A model generated the notes under the pieces. That model saw only the letters and a list, made by a program, of their open reading frames with translations. It ran no database searches and was not told the origin of the DNA. Below, one piece after another: positions 12,140 through 24,605 of a stretch of DNA of 64,000 bases. The position numbers were made by a program, and so were the translations under genes. The stretch's first letter is position 1, and every line of letters starts with the position of its first letter. This DNA is from Chiloscyllium plagiosum (Eukaryota), in the NCBI RefSeq assembly GCF_004010195.1, contig NC_057718.1:47683556-47747555 (forward strand), written 5' to 3'.

Positions 12140-13300
12140 TATCCTCAATAATTACAATTCTCCATAAATTTAAAGGTCCAACACACAAGAAAAGCACTAA
12201 TTTCCTAAAACCAACTTAGTAGAACTGAGTAATTACCTGGAAAGCCAAAACAGGCACCCACACAAGCAAAAGAGATGGAATTCCGAAGGAGAAGGGAGAA
12301 ATGAGAATGAAAGGAATGGAAATGAGAAAACTAAAATCAGAATTGCAAGAGGAGAGGGATAAAAGTGAGGCAATAAGAATACCAGCTTAGAGTGATGCAG
12401 TTGAAACAGGAGACATTAGAGAATGATGCAGGTCCTGGTGGTGATAATCTGAGTCGTAATTTGAAGTATAGTAAGAAAATGTTTAAGTGTATACAGATCC
12501 TACCAAAATTTGATGAAAAGCATGTGGAGGCAGTCTTAATATCATCTTAGAAAATGACAAATCATTTGAACAAAAGCACACGCAAATTAAATTGACATGT
12601 AGAGTACAGAAAAGTTATGCTTCAGCATCAGAGGAGATTCCTCGAGATTATGATACTGTAAAGACGAGTATATTGGCTGCATATAAATTAGTGCCTGAAG
12701 GATATAGGCATAGATTCTGGAATTTAAGGGAATAGCCAAGAAAAAATTATATTGAATTCAAAAGGGCTAAACAATGAAATTTTTACAGGTGGATACAAGT
12801 TTTACAAATTGCAATCACATATGAAGCTCTTCAGTCAGCTTCTTCTCTTAAGAGGAATTGAAAACGTCAATATCTGCCATCATAAGAACCCATCTTGAGG
12901 ATCCAAAAGTTGCAAGTGTTAGACAGGCAACAATAATCCATAAAATTAAATCCTTCATCTGTCACCCTCAAATTCAAAAGGGATAGAACATGGCAGAGTG
13001 AAAGGAAGGCATGCAGCTAGGGTAAACAATAGCTGGGAATATCCAAGCACTCCTCCTCCAATCAAAAGGGAGCGCACTGAGGGTGGAGATGAAAAGTGAA
13101 AGCAGAGGTGTTTGCTTTACAAGAATATCAGGCACATTTATTTAGAACGCTGGAATTTCAGTGGGAAACCCATAGGACTTATTGGAGCTTGGAAGAAAGG
13201 AGTCAGAAAACAAAAACCACAAGGAAAAGGGCACAACTGTTGCATCAAACACAACTAAGAAATGGGAGGTATGGGAGGTGAGCACTGCTGAGTATAGAAC
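12140..13300 (+). pseudogene. Relic Gypsy-type LTR retrotransposon gag (SCAN-like capsid region)
   Basis: Translates to ILPKFDEKHVEA and SYASASEEIPRDYDTVKTSILAAYKLVPEGYRHRFWNLRE*PRKNYIEFKRAKQ*NFYRWI, matching the YELVPEAYRQKFR motif of vertebrate Gypsy gag. Multiple stops. Confidence 0.75.
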
Positions 13301-13394
13301 AAGTACATAGGATAGATGACAAATATGAACAATCTAAACTCAGGTGAGAGTTCCTGGATTGTGACTCATGACACTGAGGAACAGAAATATATTT

Positions 13395-14050
13395 TCATTT
13401 TGGGGTCATGAGTGGCTTGGAGGAAAAATGGCAGGCGATGGTGTCCCCATGTCTGTTTCCCTGTTTTTTTAATATGGTAACAAGTGTAAATTTGGTAATT
13501 TTCTGCAGTACATCTTGTACACAGTACACACTACTGCTACTCTGACCAATGGTGTTGGGAGTGATTGTGGAGATGGCGTCAATCAAACTGGCTACCTTGT
13601 CTGTTGAAGCTGTGCTCATCAGGACAAATATGGTTTATTTCAGCAATCTTCCTAAGCATCCTCCACAAGACACAAGCCAAGAGAGTTAAGGAGTGCTTTA
13701 GTCACTGCAGGATTTCTAGCCTCCAATTTACTTTTACAGTTATAATAATTACATGGCTCGCCCAGTTTGGCTTCTTCCCAATGGTATCCCCCAGGATGTG
13801 GTTAATGAGGTACGTGATGGTAATACCAGTTAATTTCAAGGGATTAGATTCGCTATTGTTGGAGATAGTCAGTATCTGGCACTTGTGTGGAGGCAGTGTT
13901 ACTTCCACTGGTCAGTCCTCTGCATTGGAACACAGACTGCTTCAACATCTCATGAGCTGAGAATGGTACTGAACACTGCACAACAATCATAATAAAATTC
14001 CTTCCTCTGACCTTATGACAAAAGATCGGTCATTAATGAAGCAGTTAGTT
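13395..14050 (-). mobile_element. Ancient CR1-like LINE 3' fragment
   Basis: ORF 13702-13908 (VTLPPHKCQILTISN...ILGDTIGKKPNWASHV). Homologous in reverse to 59430-59960. Confidence 0.7.
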
Positions 14051-14439
14051 AGCAGAGCACTGCATTCCATCAGTAACAGGTTCAAAACAGTTCACACCCT
14101 TCTTGCAGCCACATCCCAATTCAGCAAGCACCAAAAGACTCTTTCTCTCCCACCACCACCCACCAGCATTCAGAATGCTCGAGTGTTGGCTCCTTGAACC
14201 CCTGGCCTCAGCAAAAGATTCCCCAAATCATCTACTTATTTTTTGTTATTACCCTGCTCCTCCAATCACAGGAGTTTCTCCCCACATTTATTGCTGATAG
14301 GTTCACAGTGAATTCACCGGCAACTCATGAGAGATCACCAGCCTACTATTGAAGGAGAAACTTCATTGTCTTTACGGGGGGTAACGTTTCTATGATTTGT
14401 CACCCTTATGATTGAATCTTCCTTGGCATTTTGGAGACA

Positions 14440-14640
14440 ACCCACTCAAGTCAAAGCAAAAATCCCACATCGGATTTAAAGGGAAAGAGGAGGGAAGCTC
14501 TCCTAGCATTGTGATAATAGTTAATTATCCCTCAATTGCCAACCTTGACAGATTTCTAGTCATCATCACATTGGTGTTTGTGGGATTTTGCAGTACAAAA
14601 GACAGCAAGTTTCCTGCCATTTTAGCAGTGACTTAAGTAT
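14440..14640 (+). mobile_element. Deu-domain SINE relic (SacSINE/AmnSINE-like core)
   Basis: ttatccctcaa...cagatttctagtcatcatcacattggtgtttgtgggattttgcagt...agcagtgact resembles the DeuSINE central domain as I recall it. Confidence 0.6.
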
Positions 14641-14854
14641 CAAGTACAGGTATGAATACATTGAGACTTAATACATGGTGTGTTTCGCTTGTCTGAGAGG
14701 AACAAAGTAACTTTTGAAATTGTTCAATAAATTCAAATGCTCCACTGCTGGGATACTTTCAATGTCATTTCTAGATCTGTTGTAAATTAATTGATACAAA
14801 TTGTTACCGAATCAAAGAAATCAAAGGTGGAGAATTCAGGTCACAACAACTCTC

Positions 14855-14960
14855 CTGACACGGTGATAGTGCTCCTGCCCCAAGGCCGGGAGGCCTTGGT
14901 TTCAGTTCCACCTGCTCCAGAGGTGTGTAATAACATCTTAAGATAGGTAGATTATAAAAT
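14855..14960 (+). mobile_element. Short degenerate tRNA-derived SINE
   Basis: Degenerate B-box-like ggtttcagttcc. Similar to the reverse complement of 34640-34730. Confidence 0.4.
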
Positions 14961-15609
14961 TAGGTTTCTTTGCTCCTTCACGGTCAAGTAATTGCTACAC
15001 TCATACAAATATGCAGTATTTATCTGACTTTCTCAAGAATACAATGGCTAGAGGAGTTAGGTATTTGCCACTTAAAAAAAGCAAAAGAAATATTTCATTT
15101 GTCACTATTTGTTTCCTTAATGAAGGAATGGTGCAGGGAAGAGACGAATCGAAGAGAGTTTTAAAAACAGGGCACAAAAGTTAAACCAAACTATTTTAAT
15201 CAATAAAGCCCCATCTTTCGATTTTTCTCACCATTGCTCTAACCCTTGAGCTCCTGAAAGCTACTAGGAATGTTCAAAGCAACAAAATGTTGTGCTGTCC
15301 AGAAGTCACTGGTCACAGTGCCATCATTGTAAGGAACATGGCAAATTACTATGCACACTTAAGTTGTGCATGAGGTATTTTAGTTACAACTTTTATGGAA
15401 TAAGACTGAATCTAGTAACTGAGAAAGAATTTATGGAAATATTTATGGCAGTCACACATTCATGATTGAGAGTGGCAACAAGTTTTTTTTGCAGGGTGGA
15501 GAAACAAAATGATAGGATACTGCAAGATGTTTGCAACTGGTCATTAAGCAAGCCGTCCAAATCTATATTGTATTGTTACAGTTACAGGCAATTTTTAAAC
15601 ACTTTCACA

Positions 15610-16560
15610 AGACTATTTATAAAATGGTAATGGTAGCAGTGATTCCTGCACTGATATGATTCAAAGAGTTAGACAACCTACAGCAGCCATCTCAAAGCAC
15701 TTGAGAAGTACTACAAACAGTGCCTTGAAAAGGTCCATAAAATCTTGTGATGGTTCAACAGCAGCATCCTCTCTCAAGACAACATGCCCAGCATCGAGAC
15801 TCAAAACCAGCTCCACTGGGCAGGACATATCGTTCAAATGCTCAACACCAGAAATCCAAAGCAACTGCTCTACTCAGAACCCAGTTGTTGCAGGAGACAC
15901 CCAGAAGGACAGGGAATGTATTTTAGGGATATACTCAAAGCATCCCTTAGGAAGTCAAACATTCCCATGCATTCAAGGGTACTTTGCTTCTGACAGACTG
16001 AAGTAGAAAAAGTTCATTCTGAAAGGCATGAAATACATTTGGAGACTTCTCCGGGGACAAGCAGAAGCCAAGTCACAGAGCAAACACAAACATTCCAATA
16101 ACTGGGGTCAGGGAGTCTAGAACTAGAAGGCATAGGTTTAAGGTGAGAAGGGAAAGATATCAAAGAGACCTACGGGGCAACTTTTTCCACACAGAGGGTG
16201 GTACGAGTATGGAATGAGCTGCAAGAAGAAGTGGTGGAGGCTGGTACAATTGCAACATTTAAGAGGCATTCGGATGGGTATATGAATAGGAAGAGTTTGG
16301 AGAGATATGGGCCGTGTGCTGGCAGGTGGGACTAGATTGGGCCAGGATCTCTGATCGGCATGGACGAGTTAGACTGAAGGGTCTGTTCCCATGTTGTACA
16401 TCTCTATGACTCTAACTCATCTACCCAACCTACCAAGCACCACCTGCTCTAGATGAGACAAAATCTGAAAATTGCATACTGGACCTAACGGCCACCTCCT
16501 AAAACATCAAACCAGAACGGAAAGTAATCATCCTCAATCCCGAAGGATTGTCTGAGATGA
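15610..16560 (+). mobile_element. RTE-clade LINE 3' relic, interrupted by HER1 at 16104-16413
   Basis: PSIETQNQLHWAGHIVQMLNTRNPKQLLYSE...FRDILKASLRKSNIP matches the RTE C-terminal QLRWAGHVVRM...PKQLLYGEL motif. Confidence 0.8.
16104..16413 (+). mobile_element. 5'-truncated HER1/CR1 3' end
   Basis: Near-identical to 40700-41008; ends ctctatgactcta. Confidence 0.9.
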
Positions 16561-17139
16561 ACGATGAATACTGTTAGAGTGTAGTAAGGCTAATGATCCA
16601 GTATAGAAAAACAAGATTTTACAATTTTTATGTTTACATGCCTAAAAGGAGAAAAGGCTTTGGGCCCAAGATATGCTTGACCATCAGATGCTTCATTTTG
16701 TCAATGTGCAACAGCAACATCCACCACAAGAAGATCTGCCCTAATCCACAAATACTTGGTTAAAAAGTATTATTTTCTTAGCCAATGAAAGGTGTGGTTG
16801 TTGGTTGAAACGGTCCTCCATTCACTTCAAAATAAAAAAAACAAAGTCACACCATTACATTTTGAACTCTACAGATATTAAATACTCAAAGTATGTATGC
16901 AAAAAAATGCACTTCACCCTTCAGAATATTAAGGTTATTAAGCATATATTGGGTTGAAAATGTCACATGAAATATTGTGACGATACAGCAGTAAATAGAA
17001 ACAGATATAGCCATTGTGACACTTGAGATTCTCAGAAAAGAGTGCAAATTACTAACCTTCAACTGACCTGTGTAACATTGGAAAAATGGGGTTTGCTGGC
17101 ACCAAGGAGTGTACATATTGTTAATGATATCTCACACAA

Positions 17140-20100
17140 TACAAACAGCAGAGCACAGGAACAGGTCTTTTGGCCAAGGAAGCCTCTGCCGATTCCCGGT
17201 CCTTATTTAGGCCTGCTACTTACTGCACATATGTGGTTTTATCAACAGGTGCCTTACTACAGCGCATGTAAAGAATGTCTATTGCCACTCCCTCATCAAT
17301 CATTCTTGTCACCTCCTCAAAAAACGCAATCAAGTTGGTGAGACATGATTTTCCCCCCACGAACCTATACTGTCTATCATTAACAAATGCATTCACTTAC
17401 AAATGTGGATATATCTGGAGTTCAGTATCTTCCACAACAATTTCCCCATCATTGACATCAGGCTCAGAAACCCGTAATTACCTGGATTATCTCTGTTTCC
17501 CTTTTTAGAGAAAAGTACAATATTGGCCACTCTCCAGTCCTCTGGAACCACACCTGAGGCCAAAGCGGATGCAAAGATATCAGGTAAGTCCCCACCTATT
17601 TCCTCCCTTGCCTCTCTCAGTATCCTGGATCAGAATCCATCTGGCCCTGTGAACTTGTCTACCTTAAGACATTTGAAGACACCCAAGACATCCTCCTTCG
17701 TTATGTTAACCTGCCCAAGAGTATTCACACACCTTTCAAAGAACAAAGAACACAAAATTCACAGCCCAAAAGCAGGGCCTTCGGCCCTCCAAGCCTATGC
17801 TGATCCAAATCCACTGTCTAAACCTATTACCCGATTCCTAAGGATCTGTATCCCTCTGCTCTCCACCTACTCATGCATCTGCCCAAACACACCTCAAAAT
17901 GAATCTACCATGCCTGCCTCTACTACCTCTGCTGGTAACGCGTTCCAAGCACCTACCACCCCTTGCCACATGTATCCCCCATAAACTTTCCTCCTCTCAC
18001 CTTGAACACATGACCTCTCGTTAGTGAATCCCTCAACTTAGGGGGAAAAAGCTAATCTTGATCCACCTTGTCAATCCCCTTCCTGATTTTATAGACCTCA
18101 ATCAGGACCCCCTCAATCTCCTTTTTTCTCATGAAAATAATCCTAATCTACTCAACCTCTCTTCATTGCTGGCACCTTCCATACCAGGCAACATCCTCGT
18201 AAACCTTCTCTGCACCTTCTCCAAAGCATCCACATCCTTTTGGTAATGTGGCAACCAGAACTGTACACTATGTTTTAAATACAGCCAAACTAAAGTCATG
18301 TACAATTTTAACATGACCTGCCAGCTCTTTTTTCAATACCATATGTCTTCTTGACCACTCTATCCATCTGTGCAGCCACCTTCAGGGTACAATGGACCTG
18401 AACTCCCAGATCTCTCTGTTCATCAACTTTTCCCAAGGCGCTTCCATTTACAGTACAGTTCACTCTAGAATGAGATCTTTCAAAATTTATCACCTCATAT
18501 TTTCCTGGACGGACGTTGCAATTCTGGACTCCTTCCTATTGGAAAGATGTTGTGAAACTTGAAAGGGTTTAGGAAATATTTACAAGGATACTGCCAGGGT
18601 TGGAGGCTGGGGTTATTTTTCCCTGGAGCGTCGGAGGCTGAGGGGTGACCTTATAGAGGTTTACAAAATCATGAGGGGCATGGATAGGATAAATAGACAA
18701 AGTATTTTCCCTGGGGTCAGGGAGTCCAGAACTAGAGGGCATAGGTTTAGGGTGAGAAGGGAAAGATATAAAAGAGACTTGGGGCAACTTTTTCACACAG
18801 AGGGTGGGACGGTTATGGAATGAGCTGTCAGAGGAAGTGGTGGAGGCTAGTACAACTGCAACATTTAAAAGGCATTTGGTTGGGTATATGAATAGGAAAG
18901 GTTTGAAGGGATATGGGCCGGGTACTGGTAGGTCGGACTAGATTGGTCGGGATATCTGGTTGGCATGGACGGGTTGGACCGAAGGGTCTGTTTCCATGCT
19001 GTACATCTCTATGAACTCTATCTGCTACTTCGCCGCCTAACTCTCCAGTCTATCTATATTCTCCTGTATTCTTTGACAGTTCACTTTGCGTTCTGCTCCC
19101 ACACCAATCTTCGTGTCATCTGCAAACTTATTGATCAGACCACCAATGCCCTCTTCCAGATCATTTATGTTGCCTTCTTCCACATCATTTATTCCCTAAC
19201 TTCAACATCCCTCATGACCCTCTATTTGGTAAATACTGAAGTAAGGTATCATTAAGGATCACATTCATTTCCTTTGGCTCCATGCAGAACCTCCCTCTTT
19301 TATCCTCGAGTAAGCCTACTCTTTCCTTAGCTACTAGCCTTTCCTTTCATCCTAATGGAATATACTGTCTCCAGACTCTGGTTATTTCATTTATGAAGGC
19401 TTACCATTTTCCATCCCTTTACCTGCAAATATCTGCCCCCAATCAGCTTTTAAAAGCTCTTGCCTAATAATGTCAAAATTAGCCTTTTTCCAATTTTAGA
19501 ACTTTAACTCTTGCTTCTAATGGGATTCTTTCTAACCCTGCTGGCCAAGAACATTTCATAGCCTCTTCCAGCCCTCCTAACTCCCTGTTTGCGCTCCTTC
19601 CTACTTATTCTATATTCTTCAAGGAGTTCTTCTGTTTTTAGTTGCCGAGACATTTGGTATGTTTTTTTTTGTGGACTAAGCTAGCCCCTTGCCATCCCAA
19701 GGTTCCTGAATCCTGCTATTCCTGTCCTTCATTTTCACATGAACATACTTGTCCTGCATGCTAATTAACTAGTCTTTAAAAGATTCCCATATGGCAGATA
19801 TGGATTCCCCTCAAATAGCCATTCCCAATCTAGACTCTCAAATTCTTGCCTAATTCAGTTATAGTTGCCCTTTCCCCAATTTAACAGTTCTATCTGAGGT
19901 CCATTCTTACCCTTGGCGATTAAATACCTGAACACTTATATAATTATGGTCACTCTTTCCAAATGATCCCCAATAAAACTTGCCAAGCTCATTTGCCAAT
20001 GTCAGGTAGAGTACGGACCCCTCCCTTGTTGGACTATTCACATATTGTTTCAGAAAACAGTCCTGGACACACCTAATAAATTACTCCCCATGCAAACCCC

Positions 20101-20255
20101 TGGCACGACGAGTGTCCCAGTCAGTATGGGTCAAGTTAAAATTACCCACCTCAATAACCTTGTTATTTTCACATCTTTACAGAATCTGACAATCTTTCAC
20201 TTCCTATATCTGGCAGGTGAGAGGTCTGTAGCTTTGGGGTCAGTGACCATAATTC
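17140..20255 (-). mobile_element. Nested minus-strand CR1 elements (older copy 17140-17735 and 19170-20255; younger copy 17741-18510 and 19017-19170)
   Basis: RT motifs VQFWLPHYQKDVDALEKVQRRFTRMLPGM and EQRDLGVQVH. Sequences continue across the insertion points. Confidence 0.8.
18511..19016 (+). mobile_element. 5'-truncated HER1 LINE
   Basis: High similarity to the other HER1 3' ends (gagtccagaactagagggcataggtttagg...ctctatga). Confidence 0.9.
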
Positions 20256-21997
20256 TATTAGTTTCAAAATAGTGATGGAAAAGGACAGTCCAGATCTAAA
20301 AGTTGAAGTTCTAAAATTGGAAAAAGGCTAATTTTGACATTATTAGGCAAGAGCTTTTAAAACCTGATTGGAGGCAGATATTTGCAGGTAAAGGGATGGA
20401 AAATGGTAAGCCTCCATAAATGAAATAACCAGAGTCCGGAGACAGTAAATTCCGTTAGGGTGAAAGGAAAAGCTAGTAGGCATAGGGAATGCTGGATGAC
20501 TAAAGAAATTGAGGGGTCAGTTAAGAAAAAGGAGGAAGCATATGTCAGATAGACAAGATAGATCAAATGAATCCTAAGAAGAGTATAAAGGCAGCAGGAG
20601 TACACTTAAGAGGGAAATCAGGAGGACATAGGAAACATGAGATAGCTTTGGCAAATAGAATTAAGAAGAATCCAAAGGGTTTTTACAAATACATTAAGGA
20701 CAAAAGGGTAACGAGGGAGAGAATAGGGCCCCGCAAAGATCAACAAGGCACCTTTGTGTGGAGCCGCAGGAAATGGGGAAGATACTCCACGAGTATTTTC
20801 CATCAGTGCTTACTGTGGAAAAGAACATGGAAGAAATAGAATGTAGGGAAATAGATGGTGACATCTTGAAAAGTGTCCATATTACAGAGGAGGAAGTGCT
20901 GGATGTCTTGCAAGGAATTAAAAGTGGATAAATCCCAGACCTTATCAGCGTACCCTAGAACTCTACGGGAAGCTCGGGAAGTGATTGCTGATTCCTTGCT
21001 GAGATATTCGCATCACTGATAGTCACAGATGAGGTGTCAGAAGACTGGAGCTTGGCTAATGTGGTGCCACTATTTAAGAAAAGTGGTAAGGAAAAGCCAG
21101 GGAACTATAGACCAGTGAGCCTGACTTGAGTGGTGGGCAAGTTGCTGGAGGGAATCTTGAGGGACAAGATTTAAACATATTTGCAAAGGTAAGGACTGAT
21201 TGGCTTTGAGTGTGGAAAATCATGTCTCAAAAACTTGATTGAGATTTTTTGAAGAGGTAACAAAGAGGGCTGATGATTGTAGAGTGGTGATGGACACGAT
21301 CTATATGGACACCAGTAAGATGTTCCACAAGGGTCCCCACGGGACACTGCTTAGCAAGGTTAGATCTCACGGAATACAGGGAGAACTATCCATTTGGATA
21401 CAAAACTGGCTCAAAAGGTAGAAGACGGAGGGTGGTTTTTCAGACTGGAGGCCTGTGAACAAAGGAGTCCCACAAGGATTGGTGCTAGGTCCACTACTTT
21501 TTGTCATTTTCCAAATGATTTGGATGTGAGCATAGGAGGTATATATAGTCAGTTTGCAGTCGACACCAAAATTGGGGTGTAGTGGTCAGCGAAGGAGGTT
21601 ACCTCAAAGTACAATGGGATTTTGATCAGATGGGCCAATGGGCTAAGGATTGTCACATGGAGTTTAATTCAGATAAATGTGAGGTACTGCATTTTGGGAA
21701 AGCAAATTTTAGCAGGACTTATACACTTAATGGTAAGATCCTAGGGAGTGTTGCTGAACAAAGAGACCTTGGAGTGCAGGTTCATAGCTCCTTGAAAGTA
21801 GACTCGCATGTAGATAGGATAGTGAAGAAGGCATTTGGTATGCTTTTCTTTATTGGTCAGAGTATTGAGTTGAGAGGTCACTTGGCGGCTGTACAGGACA
21901 TTGGTTAGACCACTTTTGGAATACTGCGTGCAATTCTGGACTCCTTCCTCTCGGAAGGGTGTTGTGAAACTTCAGTGTTGCCAGGATTGGAGGGTTT

Positions 21998-22185
21998 GAT
22001 TAGATTACTTAGTGTGGAAACAGGCCCTTCAGCCCAACAAGCCTACACCAACCTCTGAACAGCAACCCACCCAGACCCATTCCCCTACATTTACCCCTTC
22101 ACCTTACATTACGGGCAATTTAGCATGGCCAATTCACCTAACCTGCACACCTTTGTGACTGTGGGAGGAAACTGGAGCACGCAGA
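21998..22185 (-). mobile_element. HE1-like SINE 3' part
   Basis: ttagattac tail and body matching 34960-35140. Confidence 0.75.
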
Positions 22186-22499
22186 CATGGGGGTTGGGGG
22201 AGGTTGTGGTGGTGCAACTCCATGTAGAGAGTTGCCTGAGGCGGTTTTCCCTGGAGTGTCAGAGGCTGAGGGGTGAACTTACAGAGGTTTGTAAAATCAT
22301 GAGGGGCACGGATCAGGTAAATAGGCAAGGTCTTTTTCATGGGGTGGGGGGGGGGGGGGGGGGGTGGGGGGAGTCCAGAACTAAATGTCAGAGTTAATAG
22401 AATACCACAAATATAAAGGTAGGGGAATGGGTCTGGGTGGATTACTCTTCAGATGGTCAGTGTGGATTTGTTGGACTGACAGCCTGTTTTCACACTGGC

Positions 22500-22760
22500 C
22501 CTGTGAAGAATAGCCCACCCAGACCCATTCCCCTACCCGATATTTACCAGTGATTAATTCAGCTAACCTATACATCCCTGAACACAATGGCAACTTAGCA
22601 TAGCCAATTCATCTAAGCTGCACATCTTTGGATTGTGGCAGGAAACCAGAGCACCTGGAGGAAATCCATGCAGCTATAGGGAGAATGTGCAAAGTCCACA
22701 CAAACAAACAGTCACCAGCCCAGGTCCTTGATACTTCAAGGCAGCAGTGCGAGGCCACTG
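22500..22760 (-). mobile_element. HE1-like V-SINE, diverged
   Basis: ggaaaccagagcacctggaggaaatcc V-domain (reverse) and tRNA-like head ending about 22760. Confidence 0.75.
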
Positions 22761-23633
22761 TTCATTTAGGGTGATAGCAGAAAGATATAAAAAGGACCCA
22801 AGGGCAACGTTTTCATGCAGAGGGTGGCGCGTGTATGGAACGAGCTACCAGAGGAAGTGGTGGAGGCTAGAATAATTCCAACATTTAAAAGGCATTTGGA
22901 TGTATATATGAATAGGAAGGATTCAGAGAGATATGGGCCAAGTGCTGGCAAATGGGACCAGATTAGTTTTGAAAATCTGGATGGCATGGCTGAAATGGAC
23001 CAAAGGGTCTGTTTCCATGCTGTATATCTCAATGGCTCTATGAAAAATGGTACTGCAGCTTTGTTAGAAATGCTGCAGTGGTCAAAGTCCAGTCACGCAC
23101 TCAGACCATATTAAGGGTATTAATTATATTAGAGAAATTATTTATGCACATGGAGACATACAGGCTGCACAGAAATACCTGTACTTAAATATTATTTTTA
23201 GTACAGATAATCTCAGATTTATGTCCCAATTTACTATATGAATTCTACCACAACTATCAACAAGTCAATCAGATATAGCTGCTCAAATTAAGGAACACAA
23301 ACAGAAGGTGTTTCTGGAATTGTTCACAGAAAATACAACCACCTGTCCCTTAGGTTGACAACTTGCTGACAAACCTTTCACTCCCAAGTTAACTGTTTGG
23401 TCTCAAGTTTAAATATTTATTTTCTTCATATCCATTTATCATAATCAGACTTCTAATTTGACATTATTAATAACTACTTTAAAAATATTTTTTCAAATTA
23501 CTGAAATAGTATTCCACAAATTCCTTTAATTGCACCGCCACATACGTTTTGAGAGACAAGTCTCTTATAAACAGCTATATTGTCATTTTCCTGTTCACAA
23601 AGCTTCATTCCTTTTGTATTCAAGACTTTTTAC

Positions 23634-23708
23634 CAGAGTCAGCATCAGTATCTCTATCTGGCTGTAATTCACCCCACTGTATCTGATTTCTGGTATGCAA
23701 ATTAAGAT
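23634..23708 (-). CDS. Candidate 75-nt exon (ILICIPEIRYSGVNYSQIEILMLTL or DLNLHTRNQIQWGELQPDRDTDADS)
   Basis: Acceptor atttttcttcag, donor CTG|GTAAAA. Unique sequence; two frames open. Confidence 0.4.
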
Positions 23709-23994
23709 CTGAAGAAAAATTAAATCTTGCAATTCACAATAACTTATTTAATAAAATCACCTCAGTGAGAAAAAAAAATCCTTTACATCCTTTTTTCAGC
23801 ATTCTTCATTACAGATGTTTCCAACACTCCGAGATCCTAAGACCCTCCATCCTAATACTCCAAAATTCCAGGACATTTCTTCCAGTGACCTTGGATCTCA
23901 GGGTTTATTATTGCTTACCTAAAATCTCTGCCTGGTATTTTTGAATTCCAAGACCCATCTTAAAGTATTATACTCAAAGATCAAGCTGAAGTAC

Positions 23995-24593
23995 TGTTGG
24001 ACACCTTCCCACTGGTTTCAATGAGAATGTGTACATGGTATGAGCAGGTCAATAAAGAGTTAAGTTTTGAGTCTTGTTAAACAAAAGGTTCAGCTCGCAT
24101 GACTTGGATCAGCTAAGTACTTGTATTAAACAATAGGATGCTGGAGGCAAGAGTAGTGGGTTGACAAGGTGAAAAAGCATTCATTACATAAAGCCATTTA
24201 ACAAGATGAAGTAGCATTCAATATGTAAAGTCAGTTAACAAGGTAAAAAGTATTCGTTATGTGAAGCCAGTTAACAAAGTTCATTGTGTAACAGCAGTTG
24301 ACTTAGTCTTTATTATTGACACTCACTGATTGTAACGGTCATCCAATCAATATGCATGTTGCCTTAACTGGATGTTCCTCCCTGCAAATGACTATATAAT
24401 TCATTAAAAAACTGCTGTTCAAGAGAAGACCGACAACTCATGCCTCTGCACACAAGGGCGATCGTTCTCTCTCCCTCAAGGGCCCGGATTAAAGATGGAG
24501 GAGGTAAAACTATCCTGTGTCTTTGACTGAGGCAGAAACAGGACGCCGTCTTCAGTGTGGCTAAGTTAATGCGCCTAGTAATATTTTTCAATA
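23995..24593 (+). mobile_element. Solo-LTR-like element with internal tandem repeats
   Basis: tgttgga...ttcaata ends. Three 36-37 bp repeats (24161-24279), TATATAA (about 24393) and ATTAAA (about 24488). Confidence 0.5.
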
Positions 24594-24605
24594 CGACCAC
24601 TACTG

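Larger units (their letters stand above)
20256..23043 (+). mobile_element. HER1/CR1 LINE ORF2, frameshifted and interrupted by SINE pieces
   Basis: IKKNPKGFYKYIKDKR, PGNYRPVSLT, QFAVDTKIG, MEFNSDKCEVLHFGK...QRDLGVQVH; 3' tail at about 23040. Confidence 0.9.

Noticed and set aside
16886..17116. Hydrophobic ORF as an exon of the candidate gene
   Set aside because: cag|gtcagt at about 17068 can be read as acceptor or donor, and the longer reading does not join the downstream candidates without a stop. Left unresolved.
24161..24279. 36-37 bp repeats of CRISPR-like length
   Set aside because: Head-to-tail degenerate repeats without spacers, inside an LTR-like element.
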